DNA of 64,000 nt from Candidatus Aminicenantes bacterium (GCA_963702005.1 OY969696.1:224001-288000); one strand, 5' to 3'; numbered from the stretch's first letter, positions 9,652 through 20,793 are shown. The notes: a model not told the origin generated them from the sequence alone. Numbers and translations: made by a program.

Positions 9652-9909
9652 TCAGTCGGGCTGGACCTTGAAGACGAGGTCATGCTCGTGGACGGGAGAG
9701 ACGACTTTAATGCCCACCGAATCACCCGCCTTGGCGCCGGCGACGGACTTATGCTCGCTTTGCATGGACTCCACGACCTGGAAGAAGTCCGAGGTATGGC
9801 CCTTGATATGGATTTTATCGCCGACCTTGAGCTCGCCCTTGACGACCTCGATGATCCCGACGCTGATCTTGGCAAAGAAATGGCTGATTTTCCCGATCTG
9901 TTCCTCCAT
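9652..9909 (-). CDS. Translation elongation factor domain-II-like small beta-barrel protein
   Basis: IGKISHFFAKISVG, LKVGDKIHIKGHTSDF, AKAGDSVGIKV; RBS GGAGGG. Confidence 0.85.
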   Translation of the reverse strand: MEEQIGKISHFFAKISVGIIEVVKGELKVGDKIHIKGHTSDFFQVVESMQSEHKSVAGAKAGDSVGIKVVSPVHEHDLVFKVQPD

Positions 9910-9972
9910 GGGCCCTCCTTTGATAATAAAATAGCAATCTTTTCGAGCCTTGGCAAAGTCTTTTTTTAGCGA

Positions 9973-11736
9973 TCAGCCGCCGCGCGTCCGCCACTTGCCG
10001 AACTTGACCAGGCGAAGGAGGAACGCGTCCGAGCCCCGAATGTCCTCCCATTTGAGAACATTATCAATTATCAATATCTTCCTCTCAGGGCTCTCGCTGC
10101 CCGAGAGGATGACCCGAATTTTTTTAAAGGCCGCGTTGTCGTGTGAGGGGCGGATTTCCATCCAAGCCCGCACGGCCAGATCGTAACGCTTGAAATCCCA
10201 ATAATAACATCCGAGGGCGAACAGTCCCCGGTCCCTGGCTTCGCCGCCCTGTCCGATCAGATACCGATAAATCCGCTCTTGCTCCCGCCGGTAGGCGCTC
10301 AGGACTTCGGCCGGTTCGGCGTATCCTTTTTTCTTCATCTCGGCCAGGACCTTGCGGCCGATGTCCCTGACGACCTGGCTCTTCCTCTCTTTCTCGAAGA
10401 GCTCGGCCGTTCTGCTGCGGCCGGCGAGAAAGGCCTCGGCTTCGGCTTGAGCCGCGAAAAGCCGCTCAAGGGCGCGCCGCTCGAAATCGTACTGAGAGGC
10501 GAAATAGAAAAGGCATTCCGTCCCGGTTTTTGTCTCCCGAAATCTGTTCCAAAGGTCCGCGATCCGGAAGGCGAGGGCTTTATTGAAGTAGAGCTCTTCG
10601 AGGCAGTCGAACCCGGCCGCAAGATCCGTGAGGTCGAAAATGACGGAGTTGAGGTTGTTCTGGAAGAAGGCGCCGACCAGAGCCGCCGTCTCGGAAGCGT
10701 CCGGGTCCGCGGTGTCCAGGCGGTCCCGGACGAAGCCGGTCACCTGCTCGTTTTCGGCCAACGGCATAAGTTTGTCCAGGATCGCGGCGAAATCTCCGTT
10801 CGAAGGTTTCCTTCCGTTCCGCGACCCGGAAACCGTCCCTTTTCCGGCTTCGACCTGAGCGGAGGCTCGGCCCGATGTCGGACGGCGCACGAGAAGGACC
10901 CGGATGAGACCCGACTCGGAAATCGCCGCCGGCGCGGCAGCGATCCCGGCATCCTTGCCGATCCCCGCGTCGACGCCGGGCGCAGTCGATCCCCTAAGGT
11001 CCAGCGGAAAACCCGCCGAGAAAAAGAAAAGGCCCGCTCCCCAAGATAGGATCTTTTCATAGGGGCACGTCCTGAAAAAATATTCGGACGGGACGATGGC
11101 ATCTCCCTTGGGAGTTTGGACCCGGACAAGACTCCCATCGGCAAGGTATCCTTTCTCGGTTTTTCGGACTTCCGCGAGCCGGGCGGCCTCTTCCATCGCG
11201 GCCAGGTCTTTTTTGGGAAGAACGCTGATGGTCAGGCTCGAAGGTTCCTGGTCCACGGCCGAGACAAACGCATGGGATCCGTCGGGAAGGACGAGCTTGG
11301 GATTCTCCCGTAGAAGATCGGCCAAACTCTTGCCCCGTGCGGCTAGGGAAGCCTTCAGGATCGCCTTGAAAACCTCGGTTTTCATCCCGTCCACGAACCC
11401 GGTCCCCGCGATCTTGACCTTGCCGAGGTCGTTCAGGAGCCCGCTTCGCCCCGCCTCGGCAAGAAAGGCCTCCATCTCCGGGTCCGCGGGATTCTCCCCC
11501 GCCATTTCCTCGACGGCCCGCCGGAGTGAAACTTGCTCTGTCTCGGGAGGTTTTTTCCCGAGATTGACAGGCACTAGGATCAGGGCCAGACCGAGACAAG
11601 CATGGATGACGATGGAAACGACAAGGGCCGTCGAAAAAGAATTCGTGCGCGCTCGGTAGCGTTGCCGGACCGACGCGAGGAGTGCGGGCTTCGGAGGCGA
11701 AAGGAAGCGGCCGAAGAGCCCCTCATGCTCAGCCAT
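9973..11736 (-). CDS. Membrane-anchored hypothetical protein with TPR-like C-terminus
   Basis: 587 aa; single TM (VVSIVIHACLGLALILV); LFALGCYYWD...AVRAW TPR-like helix pair. Confidence 0.7.
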   Translation of the reverse strand: MAEHEGLFGRFLSPPKPALLASVRQRYRARTNSFSTALVVSIVIHACLGLALILVPVNLGKKPPETEQVSLRRAVEEMAGENPADPEMEAFLAEAGRSGLLNDLGKVKIAGTGFVDGMKTEVFKAILKASLAARGKSLADLLRENPKLVLPDGSHAFVSAVDQEPSSLTISVLPKKDLAAMEEAARLAEVRKTEKGYLADGSLVRVQTPKGDAIVPSEYFFRTCPYEKILSWGAGLFFFSAGFPLDLRGSTAPGVDAGIGKDAGIAAAPAAISESGLIRVLLVRRPTSGRASAQVEAGKGTVSGSRNGRKPSNGDFAAILDKLMPLAENEQVTGFVRDRLDTADPDASETAALVGAFFQNNLNSVIFDLTDLAAGFDCLEELYFNKALAFRIADLWNRFRETKTGTECLFYFASQYDFERRALERLFAAQAEAEAFLAGRSRTAELFEKERKSQVVRDIGRKVLAEMKKKGYAEPAEVLSAYRREQERIYRYLIGQGGEARDRGLFALGCYYWDFKRYDLAVRAWMEIRPSHDNAAFKKIRVILSGSESPERKILIIDNVLKWEDIRGSDAFLLRLVKFGKWRTRGG

Positions 11737-11801
11737 TAAATACCCCCACTATATTTTAGCACGGGACGCCCCCCAAGATGCAATCCCCGGACACGGGAGG
11801 G

Positions 11802-13382
11802 CTAAGGTTTTAGGCTACGAACGAGGCGCGTCCCGAGAACCGTCTCGCGGGCAGCGACAACCGAGCGGGCCGAGACGAGGTCCAGGATCCCGGCCCGGGA
11901 AAAATCCCCTTTGGCCGAGTCCTTGCGCCCCGTGAAGGGGAAGATGTCGGGACCTCGCTGGCACTTGGCGTTGACGTTGATGCGGGCGACCTGGGTCCGG
12001 GCCGCCTCCAGGATGGGTCCGAAGTTGGAAGGGTCGCTGCCGAACACGCTCAACTGCTGGCCGTAGGGAGAGCGCCGCAGGAAATCGAGCGGCTCCTCGA
12101 CGCGGTCGAAGGGAACGACGGGCAGGACCGGGCCGAATTGCTCCTCGTGGTAAATGCGCATCCGGCCGTCGACGGGATAGAGAAGAGTCGGCCAAAAGAG
12201 CGATCCGGCATGGGCTCCGCCCTTATCGTTGAGGACACGGGCGCCCCGCCGCCGGGCATCCCTGACGAGCCGGTCGAGATAGCCGACCCTTTCGGCGTCG
12301 GCCAGCGGTGTCGTCCGAACCCCTTTCATCCATGGCATGCCGACCCGAACGCGCTCGACGCCTTCTTTCAAGGCCTTTATATAGTCCGCGGCGATCCGCT
12401 CCTGGACGAAAAAGATTTTGAGCGCGGCGCAGCGCTGGCCGTTGAAGGCGAGGGCCCCCAAGAGCGATTCCTTGACCGCGATTTCGATATCGGCGTCCGC
12501 CAGGACGACGGCCGCGTTCTTGGCGCCCAGCCCGAGAATGGCCTGAAGCCTGTTCTTATGGGGATGGAGGCCCATCAAATGATTCGCCGTGCGGCTCGTC
12601 CCGATGAAAGCCAAGACGTCGACCCGGCCGCTCTTCAGGAGCGGCTCGACGACGGTCGGCCCGTCGCCGAAGAGGATGTTGACGGCGCCGGCCGGGAAGC
12701 AGTCGCGCAGGTCCTCGAGGAGAGGCCCGAAGAAAAGGACGCCGAAGCGCGGCGGCTTGATGACGATGGTATTCCCCATGATCAGGGCGGGCCCGGCCAG
12801 GCTCATCGTCTCGAAGAACGGATAATTATAAGGTCCCATGCACAGGGCGACGCCCAGCGGCTCGTCCCGGACGATCCCGACGATGCCCTTGTCCCGCCCG
12901 AGCTTGGCGGAGGACCGCTCGCGGGCGCGGGCGGCTTCCAGAACCTGGCGCAGGAAATCGAGGGTCCGTTCGAACTCGTCCTCGAGCTCGGCATAGGGCT
13001 TGGCGATCTCCCACATCAGGGTCCGGCAGATGTCCTTCTTCTTCGGGGCGACTCGGCCCAGAAACTTTTCGAAGGCGGCCGCGCGCCGGCCGATCGAAAG
13101 CGAAGGCCACTCTCCGCTCCCCTGGCCGAACGCCCGCCCGGCCGCGTCGAGGATCCTCAGGGATTCCCGGGCCGTCAGGGCCGGATACGATCCGAGGCTT
13201 AGCCGCTTAAGGCGACCCCCCTTGCGGACGCTGATCGGCGAAAGGACGGGAAGCGACGCGCCCCGCCAGGTTCGGATATCGCCGTCGATGAGATACGCCC
13301 TGAGCCGCTGGGGTCCGTGCCTCCGGAAGGCGGCCGGAATTTCGGATTCCTCGGGAAAGACGCCCTCCAGCGCACGGTCCAT
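11802..13382 (-). CDS. gapN: Aldehyde dehydrogenase, non-phosphorylating NADP-GAPDH-like
   Basis: PLGVALCMGPYNYP, FIGTS, GLGAKN, FNGQRC, EEQFGP, CQRGPDIFPFTGRKDS. Confidence 0.82.
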   Translation of the reverse strand: MDRALEGVFPEESEIPAAFRRHGPQRLRAYLIDGDIRTWRGASLPVLSPISVRKGGRLKRLSLGSYPALTARESLRILDAAGRAFGQGSGEWPSLSIGRRAAAFEKFLGRVAPKKKDICRTLMWEIAKPYAELEDEFERTLDFLRQVLEAARARERSSAKLGRDKGIVGIVRDEPLGVALCMGPYNYPFFETMSLAGPALIMGNTIVIKPPRFGVLFFGPLLEDLRDCFPAGAVNILFGDGPTVVEPLLKSGRVDVLAFIGTSRTANHLMGLHPHKNRLQAILGLGAKNAAVVLADADIEIAVKESLLGALAFNGQRCAALKIFFVQERIAADYIKALKEGVERVRVGMPWMKGVRTTPLADAERVGYLDRLVRDARRRGARVLNDKGGAHAGSLFWPTLLYPVDGRMRIYHEEQFGPVLPVVPFDRVEEPLDFLRRSPYGQQLSVFGSDPSNFGPILEAARTQVARINVNAKCQRGPDIFPFTGRKDSAKGDFSRAGILDLVSARSVVAARETVLGTRLVRSLKP

Positions 13383-13385
13383 GGT

Positions 13386-14942
13386 CTACCTCTTCAGGAA
13401 CCGCCGCAGATACGTTTTAGCCTCGCCCAGGCCGAGAAGGAGGCATAGGGCATAGAACAGGACAAGGGCGGCACCACCGCAGACGATGACCGAGGCCAGC
13501 ACGGCCCAGAAGGACGCGCCGGCGAAGCGGGCGAAGAGACCGTTGAGGGCCCAGGCGGCCGCCCCGGACAAAACGGAGGCCGTGGTCAGAATCAGACAAT
13601 AACGGCCCAGCGGACCGAGTTCGAACTCCCCGATCTTCTTCGGAAGAATCGCGAAAAGGATCCAGACATTAAGGACCGCCGCCAGGCTCGTGGACAGGGG
13701 GAAAATCATGAATCCCAAGACCCCCATCAGCGAGACATTGAGGAGGATGGTCAGGGCGACCGAAGCCAGGCTGGCGATCATCGGCGTCTTGGCGTCTTTG
13801 TAGGCGTAAAAAACGGCGGCGACATTCCGCAAGCCGGACATGAAGGGGATGCCCAGAGTATAGAGGACGAGGGCCCCGGCCACAGCGATCGTGTCCGCCG
13901 CCGTGAAGTGGCCCCGCTGATAGACGACCCGGGTGATGGGGCGCGCCAGGAAAGCGATCAGAGCCGAGGTCGGCACGGTCAGGAACAGGACCATCTTGAG
14001 CGAGTCGGTGAGGGTCGAGCGGACGGCAACGACATCGTTATTCAGGACAAGCCTGGAAAATGACGGGAGGGCGACCGTCCCGACGGCGATCCCGAACAAT
14101 CCCAGCGGCAGATGCATGATCCGGAAGGCGTAGGTCAGCCAGCTGACGCTCCCCTGCTTGAGGGGCGTCACCAGGATCGTGTTGACGAGGACGTTGATCC
14201 GCGGCCCAGCCAGCCCGATAGCGACCGGAATGAACAGGGCCATGACGCGCCGAAACTGGGGATCACGAAAACTCAGGAAGGGGCTGTATCGGAAGCCTTT
14301 CTTACGGACGAGCGGCATCTGAATCAAGAACTGCATCAGGCCGCCGACAAGGACGCCCACGGCCATGCCGAATATGGGCTGTTTGCCGCGGGCGACGTAC
14401 CAGCCGTAGGTCAGGACCGGGACCAGGATCGAGAACAGGTTGAACATGGCCGGCGCCACCGACGGAACAAAGAAGGATTTTTCGGTATTGAGGTAGCTCA
14501 TGGCCCAGGCGCCCAGGCTGACGAAGAGGAGAAAAGGGAAGAGGACGGCCGTCAACTGGGCCGTCAGGTCGATCTTCCCCGGGACCTTTCCGAATCCAAA
14601 GGCGATTCCTTTAGCCAGGGCGGGCGCCAGAAAAAGCCCGGCCAGCGAAACGGCGCCGGTCACTAGGAATAGAACGTTGAAGATGTTGGAAGCCAGCCTG
14701 TTTTGGGCGTCCTTGCTTTTAGCTTTTTCGGCCGTCAGGACGGGGACAAAAGCAGCGGATAGGGCCGTCTCGGCGAATAGGTCGCGGAGGAGGTTGGGAA
14801 TCCGGAAGGCGACGTTGAAAGCGTCCCAGGCGGCCCCGGCACCGAAAAGGTGGGCGCCGACGGACTCGCGGATGAGTCCCGCGACCCGGCTCAGCGCCGT
14901 GCCGATCGAGAACGAGCGAACGCCTTTCGCGATGTCTTCCAT
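13386..14942 (-). CDS. murJ: Lipid II flippase MurJ
   Basis: LSRVAGLIRE, AFRIPNLLRDLFAE, AFVP, LPLGLFGIA; many TM helices. Confidence 0.95.
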   Translation of the reverse strand: MEDIAKGVRSFSIGTALSRVAGLIRESVGAHLFGAGAAWDAFNVAFRIPNLLRDLFAETALSAAFVPVLTAEKAKSKDAQNRLASNIFNVLFLVTGAVSLAGLFLAPALAKGIAFGFGKVPGKIDLTAQLTAVLFPFLLFVSLGAWAMSYLNTEKSFFVPSVAPAMFNLFSILVPVLTYGWYVARGKQPIFGMAVGVLVGGLMQFLIQMPLVRKKGFRYSPFLSFRDPQFRRVMALFIPVAIGLAGPRINVLVNTILVTPLKQGSVSWLTYAFRIMHLPLGLFGIAVGTVALPSFSRLVLNNDVVAVRSTLTDSLKMVLFLTVPTSALIAFLARPITRVVYQRGHFTAADTIAVAGALVLYTLGIPFMSGLRNVAAVFYAYKDAKTPMIASLASVALTILLNVSLMGVLGFMIFPLSTSLAAVLNVWILFAILPKKIGEFELGPLGRYCLILTTASVLSGAAAWALNGLFARFAGASFWAVLASVIVCGGAALVLFYALCLLLGLGEAKTYLRRFLKR

Positions 14943-15150
14943 TTCGGCCTTTATGGATGGGATTATAGGGGGGGAATAAGCCAGGGGTCAATTCTTTACT
15001 TTTCATAGCGGCGGCCCGAAAGCCTCGCCCGGTCTCCGCTTACCGCTCTCGAGCCGCGAAAACTAGAAAGGGGAACGCCCGAACCTGAATTCATTCGCAG
15101 ACCCATGGCCAAACGTTTCCCCCCTCAGCCAAAAGGACAGGCAGGTTGTC

Positions 15151-15186
15151 TTGACAATCACATATTTATGTGTTACACATTATTAT
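15151..15186 (+). promoter_or_regulatory. TA operon promoter with overlapping palindromic operators
   Basis: TTGACA at 15151; palindromes CACAT-ATTT-ATGTG and ATGTGT-T-ACACAT directly before the antitoxin ATG. Confidence 0.6.
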
Positions 15187-15188
15187 TA

Positions 15189-15449
15189 ATGAATACGCGT
15201 AAGCTGGAAATGCGGAACCTGACCTTGTCGCTTCCCTATGCCCTGGTTCGCAAGGCCAAGGAGCTGGCAGTCCGGGAGGATCGCTCTCTCAACGACTACG
15301 TCCGGGCGGCCATCGAGGAAAAGAACGAACGCTCGTCGGGGTACCTTAAGGCCCGCGAACGCCAGCTCGCCCGCCTCGAGAAAGGATTGGACCTCGGGAC
15401 CGGAGGCGGGAAACCGGCGCCGCGAGACAATCTCCATGAGCGGGACTAA
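15189..15449 (+). CDS. Ribbon-helix-helix antitoxin
   Basis: RNLTLSLPYALVRKAKELAVREDRSLNDYV; overlaps PIN gene. Confidence 0.85.
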   Translation: MNTRKLEMRNLTLSLPYALVRKAKELAVREDRSLNDYVRAAIEEKNERSSGYLKARERQLARLEKGLDLGTGGGKPAPRDNLHERD

Positions 15450-15870
15450 GACTTTTATCGATACAAACATCCTCGTCTACGCCTACGACGTCAGCGCGGG
15501 CGAAAAACACGAGGCCGCCCGACGAGTCCTCATTGACCTTTGGCGGTCCGGGACGGGAGTCATCAGCGTCCAGATTCTCCAGGAACTCTACGTCACCCTG
15601 ACCCGAAAGATCCCCCGCCCCCTGCCGCCCGCCCGCGCCCTGGAAATCGTCGAGGACATGGCGGCTTGGGACATCGTCGTCAACGACGCCTCCTCCGTCC
15701 TTGGCGCCATCCGGCTCGAAAGCCGCGCGAAGCTATCTTTCTGGGACGCGCTTGTCGTCATAGCGGCGATCCGGGGCGGCGCCGAAATCCTCCTCTCCGA
15801 AGACCTGCCTGACGGCCGGATTTTCGAGGGCGTAAGAATCGAGAATCCTTTCTTAAAAGGCGGCAAATAG
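15436..15870 (+). CDS. vapC: PIN-domain (VapC-like) toxin
   Basis: FIDTNILVYA, QILQE, SFWDALV, LLSEDL. Confidence 0.9.
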   Translation: MSGTKTFIDTNILVYAYDVSAGEKHEAARRVLIDLWRSGTGVISVQILQELYVTLTRKIPRPLPPARALEIVEDMAAWDIVVNDASSVLGAIRLESRAKLSFWDALVVIAAIRGGAEILLSEDLPDGRIFEGVRIENPFLKGGK

Positions 15871-15882
15871 CCCGGCCGCCGG

Positions 15883-16995
15883 ATGACAGATAAGATGAAA
15901 ACCAAGACCGTCCATAAAGCGATGGCATTATTGATCCTGGCCCTGGGAGCCCTCACTATAAGGGGGATGGGCTTTCAAGAATCATTCCTCAAGCTTCGTG
16001 AAAAATACGGCCTGAAACCCGAGGATATGGTCCTCCCGCCCGGCGCCATCGAATTGGAAAAGGTCTCCTCATTCCCTTCGGCCGAGGACGAAAACAAGGG
16101 CATTTATCTCAGCAACCCGGGAGGCTTCTTGATAACCCCCTCCGGCCGGATCTATATTCCCGACACGAACAATGATGAAGTCTATGTCTTTGACCTCTCC
16201 GGATATCATCTTTTCAGCTTCGGTCGAAGCGGACAAGGCCCGGGAGAATTCCGCCAGCCGACCGTCATTGCTCAGTCCGATGATCAAGTCGTGATCGAAG
16301 AAATAATGAATATGAGGTTTCAAATATTTGACTCTGCCGGAACCTACCTCAGTGGCGCCAAGCTCTTTAAAGCTTATAATTCTATCGTCACGGCCGACGG
16401 TCTGATTTATGCCACGCCATACTTGATGCTTCCTCCCGAGGAACAAAAAAAGACGAATCTCATCGATGTCCTCGATCATCAAGGACGCGTGCTGCGTTCT
16501 TTCGGGACTCCTCTGGAGGTCAATCCATACGATTTTGGTCTACTCAATTTCGCTTTTCTGAAGCTCGACGCCAAGAAAGACCTATGGGTGGCATTCCAAA
16601 AATTTCCGCTTTTACGTAAATATTCATTGGATGGCCGGCTGCTTGGAGAATATTCATATCAATACGCCGTCGTGAAGAAGAAAGAGGCGTTCAACAAGCT
16701 CATGATGTCCAAACGAACCGGGGCATCTCAGGTGCCCTATGAAACTGTTTGCGGGGCAATCCATCCCGACGATAACGGCCTCTATGTCTTTTCTTCGTCA
16801 AAATCCAGGTTGGATATCTTCCTCGTCAAAGAAGGGGGTCAAATCGCGGAGTTCTATTGGCAACCTCGCGATGAAGGTATATTGTGCTGGGGCTTGTATA
16901 TCTACAATAAGAATAATGAAAAGACTTTTTATGTATTAGAGGCGACTCCGAATCCCGTGGTGGAGATATTAAAAATAAAAAAGCAGGAAAAATGA
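15883..16995 (+). CDS. 6-bladed beta-propeller (NHL-repeat) secreted protein, low GC
   Basis: Signal peptide; FGRSGQGPGEFRQP; visibly AT-richer than flanks. Confidence 0.85.
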   Translation: MTDKMKTKTVHKAMALLILALGALTIRGMGFQESFLKLREKYGLKPEDMVLPPGAIELEKVSSFPSAEDENKGIYLSNPGGFLITPSGRIYIPDTNNDEVYVFDLSGYHLFSFGRSGQGPGEFRQPTVIAQSDDQVVIEEIMNMRFQIFDSAGTYLSGAKLFKAYNSIVTADGLIYATPYLMLPPEEQKKTNLIDVLDHQGRVLRSFGTPLEVNPYDFGLLNFAFLKLDAKKDLWVAFQKFPLLRKYSLDGRLLGEYSYQYAVVKKKEAFNKLMMSKRTGASQVPYETVCGAIHPDDNGLYVFSSSKSRLDIFLVKEGGQIAEFYWQPRDEGILCWGLYIYNKNNEKTFYVLEATPNPVVEILKIKKQEK

Positions 16996-17035
16996 AAAGG
17001 ACTCTTTTACTACCCTCCCCAGAAAACCGTCAGGC

Positions 17036-18307
17036 CTACGGGCATTGGATGACGCCGTGGGCCCAGAGGCAGCCGCCGCAGGCCGGGAACCTGTTCCCGA
17101 AGCAATCCTCCTTGTTCGTCTCGAGGAGGGTGCAACCGCCGCAGAGGTGGCAGGGCGCGAAGTCAAAGGCGTTGACTTTCTCCCGGAAGGCCCGGTACTC
17201 CTCCGAATTCCAGATGTCGAAGAGGTCTCCCGCAGCGACGTCCCCCACGATATAGCTTTCGATCGTTCGGTCGGTGGAGTGCAGGGTCGTCGTGTAGGAA
17301 TGGAGGAGCCCCATGCAGGGCGCGACTTTCCCGTCCCAGCGGACGAACGTCGTACGGTCCTTGATGAACCGGCAATTTCCGGTCCGGGCGCTGATCGGAT
17401 TCCCCATCATGTCGAGGTTGGCGTAGCCCCAGAACAGGCTGAGTAGGGCGTCGCGGGTAATCGGGCTGAAATCGAGCCGGGGGAGGCTGACAGCGGGCTT
17501 GCCCGGAGCATCGGAAAAAGTGTCCAGGGCCAAGGTCAGCCGGCAGATCATCTCTTTCTCCATCTCCGGCGTGTAAGGTAGGACGTTGCTGACCGAGACC
17601 CGGCGGGCTCCGGTCAGCTCGACGATCTCGTGGAGGTGAGCGAGGTCGTTGACATTCTTCCTCATGACGACGACGGCCAGGCCGACCTCGATGGCGCGCC
17701 CGCCCGTCTCGTTCAGCGTCTTGAGGATCCGCAGGCTCTCGACGACCCGGCGGAAATTCGCCCCGCGCCGGATCTCCTCGAAGACCTCCTCAATGAAACC
17801 GTCGAACGAGACCCAAAGCGTGTCGAGCCCGGCCGTGTAGAGAGCGCGGAGGAGGCCATCGTCGAGAAGCGTACCGTTCGTGATCAGCTCGGTCCGGAGG
17901 CCCAGTGCCTTGACGGCGCGAACCATGTCCACGATTCTAGGGTGGGCGGTCGGCTCTCCGAATCCCCCGAACGTGACGGATTCGAGATGCTCGAAGCGGC
18001 CTAACCCTCCGGCCAGCCGGTCGAAGACCTCCCAGTCCATGTCGCCGAGCGGTTCCTTCCAGGTGTTCCGGATACAGGTCGTGCAGGCCAGGTTGCAGCG
18101 TGAGGTCGGCTCGATATACAGGCGGGACAAGCTGTGGATATTGGGAAGGATCTCGACCCGGCCCGCTTCGGCCGCGATCGGGACTTCGCTGCCTGGAACA
18201 AGCCCCAGCCTGCGGACGATTCCTGCGGGCAGGACAAGCCGTCCGTCCTTGCCGACCCGGGCCTTGAGCTCGGGCGGATCGGCCTTGGGCCGGCCTTTCG
18301 AAATCAT
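17036..18307 (-). CDS. AbrB-domain radical SAM/SPASM protein (resembles tungsten-cofactor oxidoreductase maturases)
   Basis: N-terminal [25 protein letters not shown] (AbrB); CNLACTTC; GGFGEP; Cys-rich tail CHLCGGC...[23 protein letters not shown]. Confidence 0.88.
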   Translation of the reverse strand: MISKGRPKADPPELKARVGKDGRLVLPAGIVRRLGLVPGSEVPIAAEAGRVEILPNIHSLSRLYIEPTSRCNLACTTCIRNTWKEPLGDMDWEVFDRLAGGLGRFEHLESVTFGGFGEPTAHPRIVDMVRAVKALGLRTELITNGTLLDDGLLRALYTAGLDTLWVSFDGFIEEVFEEIRRGANFRRVVESLRILKTLNETGGRAIEVGLAVVVMRKNVNDLAHLHEIVELTGARRVSVSNVLPYTPEMEKEMICRLTLALDTFSDAPGKPAVSLPRLDFSPITRDALLSLFWGYANLDMMGNPISARTGNCRFIKDRTTFVRWDGKVAPCMGLLHSYTTTLHSTDRTIESYIVGDVAAGDLFDIWNSEEYRAFREKVNAFDFAPCHLCGGCTLLETNKEDCFGNRFPACGGCLWAHGVIQCP

Positions 18308-19347
18308 GCAAAATACTTCTTTCTAAAAAACAAGGCCACGTTGACCAGGCCGATCATGACCGGAACCTCGATGAGCGGGCCGATCACGGCGGCGAAGGCC
18401 TCTCCCGAATTGATGCCGAACACGGCCACCGCGACGGCGATGGCCAGCTCGAAATTGTTGCTGGCGGCCGTGAAGGACAGCGTCGCGGCCTTGGGATAGT
18501 CCGCGCCCGCTCTCCGGCTCAAAAAGAAAGACACCAGGAACATGACGATGAAATAGATGAGGAGCGGGACGGCGATTCGCAGGACGTCGAGCGGGATCTT
18601 GACGATAAACTCCCCCTTGAGCGAGAACATGACGACGATCGTGAAGAGCAGGGCGATGAGGGTGATCGGGCTGATGCGCGGGATAAACTTTGCGTCGTAC
18701 CAAGCCCGTCCTTTGAACCTGAGCAGGCTGAAGCGCGTGATGAGGCCGGCCAGGAACGGGATGCCCAGATAGATGAAGACGCTCCGGGCGATCTGGCCGA
18801 TCGTGACGTTGACTTCCGTCCCCTTGAGTCCGATCCAGGTCGGGACGACCGTGATGAAGACGTAGGCGTAGACCGAAAAGAACAGGACTTGGAAGATCGA
18901 ATTGAAGGCGACGAGTCCGGCCGCGTATTCCGTGTCGCCCTTGGCCAGCTCGTTCCAGACGATGACCATGGCGATGCAGCGGGCCAGGCCGATCAGGATC
19001 AATCCGTACATGTAGTGGGGATGGCCGCGCAGGAAAATAACCGCCAGGGCGAACATCAGGAGCGGCCCGATGATCCAGTTCTGCACAAGGGACAGCGCGA
19101 GGACTTTGACGTTCTTGAAAACGTCGCCCAGCTCCTCGTATTTGACCTTGGCCAGGGGCGGGTACATCATCAGGATGAGGCCGATGGCGATGGGGATGTT
19201 CGTGGTCCCCGACTGGAATTTGTTGATGAAACCGACGACGGCCGGGACGAGGTAGCCGAGCCCGACGCCGACGGCCATGGCCAGAAATATCCAGAGGGTC
19301 AGGAAACGGTCGAGAAAGGAGAGCTTGGAGATTTTCGTCTCGGTCAT
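18304..19347 (-). CDS. acr3: Acr3 arsenite efflux transporter
   Basis: [54 protein letters not shown]. Confidence 0.97.
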   Translation of the reverse strand: MTETKISKLSFLDRFLTLWIFLAMAVGVGLGYLVPAVVGFINKFQSGTTNIPIAIGLILMMYPPLAKVKYEELGDVFKNVKVLALSLVQNWIIGPLLMFALAVIFLRGHPHYMYGLILIGLARCIAMVIVWNELAKGDTEYAAGLVAFNSIFQVLFFSVYAYVFITVVPTWIGLKGTEVNVTIGQIARSVFIYLGIPFLAGLITRFSLLRFKGRAWYDAKFIPRISPITLIALLFTIVVMFSLKGEFIVKIPLDVLRIAVPLLIYFIVMFLVSFFLSRRAGADYPKAATLSFTAASNNFELAIAVAVAVFGINSGEAFAAVIGPLIEVPVMIGLVNVALFFRKKYFA

Positions 19348-19382
19348 GCCGGCAAATCCTTTCGCGCTCTTAAACGGTCCTT

Positions 19383-20066
19383 TCAAATAATAAAATAGAC
19401 GCCGACCAGGATGACGACGACTCCGGCGACTTTCTGGAGGACGGCGGACGCGGTCCGAAGCCCCTTGGACTCCAGGAGCCTCTTAGCCGCGCCCAGCGAG
19501 GTCCCGGCGATCAGGATCAGGACCGAGTGGCCCAGGGCATAGACGAAGAGAAGAAAGCCGCCGTAGAGTACGTTCCCTTTTTCCGCGACGTAGGCGAGAA
19601 GGACGGCCAGGATGGGGACGGCGCAGGGCGTCGAGACGAGACCGAACAGCAGGCCGAGGAGGAAGGCGCCCGCTATCCCCTGTTTCCGGACGTTGAGGAA
19701 AGCGGGGGCTTTAAAATCGAGCTTGAACAGGCCCAGGAGTTGGAGCCCCATGACCAGACAGACGGCTGCGACGATGTAGCGCCAAACCCGGCCGACATCG
19801 CCGAACATCCGCCCGGCCAAAGCAGAGATAAGACCGAGGCCCGTGAAGGTAACGGCCAGCCCCAGGACGAAAAACAGGGAAAACAGGAACATCCGCTTGA
19901 CGCTCATGCCCTCCCGGCGGCCGGCCACGACGCCCATGACCAGGGGGACCATGGCCAGGACGCAGGGATTGGCGGCCGTCGCCAGGCCGCCCAGGAACAC
20001 GGCCGCCGGCGCGAGCCAGGGCTGGCCCTGGATGACTCGGGCGATGTCTCCAAAAATGCTTTCCAC
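19383..20066 (-). CDS. ccdA: CcdA/DsbD-like transmembrane disulfide reductase
   Basis: NPCVLAMVP and STPCAVPIL paired PC motifs, ~6 TM. Confidence 0.88.
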   Translation of the reverse strand: MESIFGDIARVIQGQPWLAPAAVFLGGLATAANPCVLAMVPLVMGVVAGRREGMSVKRMFLFSLFFVLGLAVTFTGLGLISALAGRMFGDVGRVWRYIVAAVCLVMGLQLLGLFKLDFKAPAFLNVRKQGIAGAFLLGLLFGLVSTPCAVPILAVLLAYVAEKGNVLYGGFLLFVYALGHSVLILIAGTSLGAAKRLLESKGLRTASAVLQKVAGVVVILVGVYFII

Positions 20067-20073
20067 TCGTCCC

Positions 20074-20529
20074 CTATTCCTTGGCCTTCAGGCCTTTCTT
20101 TTCCAGGACCTTGAGAATCTCTTCCTTGGCGAACAGGCCCATGTGACGGAAAAATTCCTTGCCCTGGCCGTCGAGGAAGATCTGGGTCGGGATGAGCTGG
20201 ACCTTGTATTTGCGCGTCGGCGCCGGGTCCTCCCAGACATCATAAAAAACAACCAGGACGTCCTCGGGGTAGGAAGCAGCGATCTCCTTCATGATCGGCC
20301 GCATCTGGCGGCAGGGGATGCAGCGGTCGGAGCCGAGCTCAAGGAAGGCCACCTTATAAGTGGAAAAATCGATCTCGAGGCTTTTAGTTTTGAAGACCTT
20401 GCCTTTCTCCGGCTTGTCCGCGGCCCCGGCCGTCTGAGCGTCCTGCCCCAACGCCAGGCCGGGTGAGCCCGCCACGAGAAGCGCCGCCGCCAGCAGGCCG
20501 GCCAAGCTCCATCGTACGATATGATGCAT
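20074..20529 (-). CDS. Exported thioredoxin-family protein
   Basis: Signal peptide; LELGSDRCIPCRQM; IPTQIFLD. Confidence 0.9.
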   Translation of the reverse strand: MHHIVRWSLAGLLAAALLVAGSPGLALGQDAQTAGAADKPEKGKVFKTKSLEIDFSTYKVAFLELGSDRCIPCRQMRPIMKEIAASYPEDVLVVFYDVWEDPAPTRKYKVQLIPTQIFLDGQGKEFFRHMGLFAKEEILKVLEKKGLKAKE

Positions 20530-20540
20530 GAATCACCCCT

Positions 20541-20780
20541 TTATATCTCGTCGCGGATCCAAGCCTTGATTTCCTCGAGCGACGGGATTCGGCCCGAACA
20601 CTTAACTTTGCCGTTGATGATGAGGCCCGGCGTCGCGAGGATCCTGGACTCCGTGATCTTCATTATGTCCGTGATCTTCTCGACGGCGGCCGGAACTCCC
20701 AGCTCGGCCAAGGCGTTCTTGACTCTTTTTTCTACCTCTCCGCAACGGGGGCAGCCGGGGCCTAAGACTTTGATATCCAC
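20541..20780 (-). CDS. Small redox-active disulfide protein (thioredoxin_3 type)
   Basis: IKVLGPGCPRC, TPGLIING; GTG start after GGAGG. Confidence 0.9.
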   Translation of the reverse strand: MDIKVLGPGCPRCGEVEKRVKNALAELGVPAAVEKITDIMKITESRILATPGLIINGKVKCSGRIPSLEEIKAWIRDEI

Positions 20781-20793
20781 TTTTTCCTCCGTT

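Noticed and set aside
14962-15006. GGGGTCAATTCTTTACTTT as a solo REP half marking an island edge
   Set aside because: Explained by the murJ promoter on the minus strand (TTGACC-18-TATAAT)
20074-20780. Selenocysteine recoding in the ars-operon redox proteins
   Set aside because: Both CxxC motifs use Cys codons; no in-frame TGA
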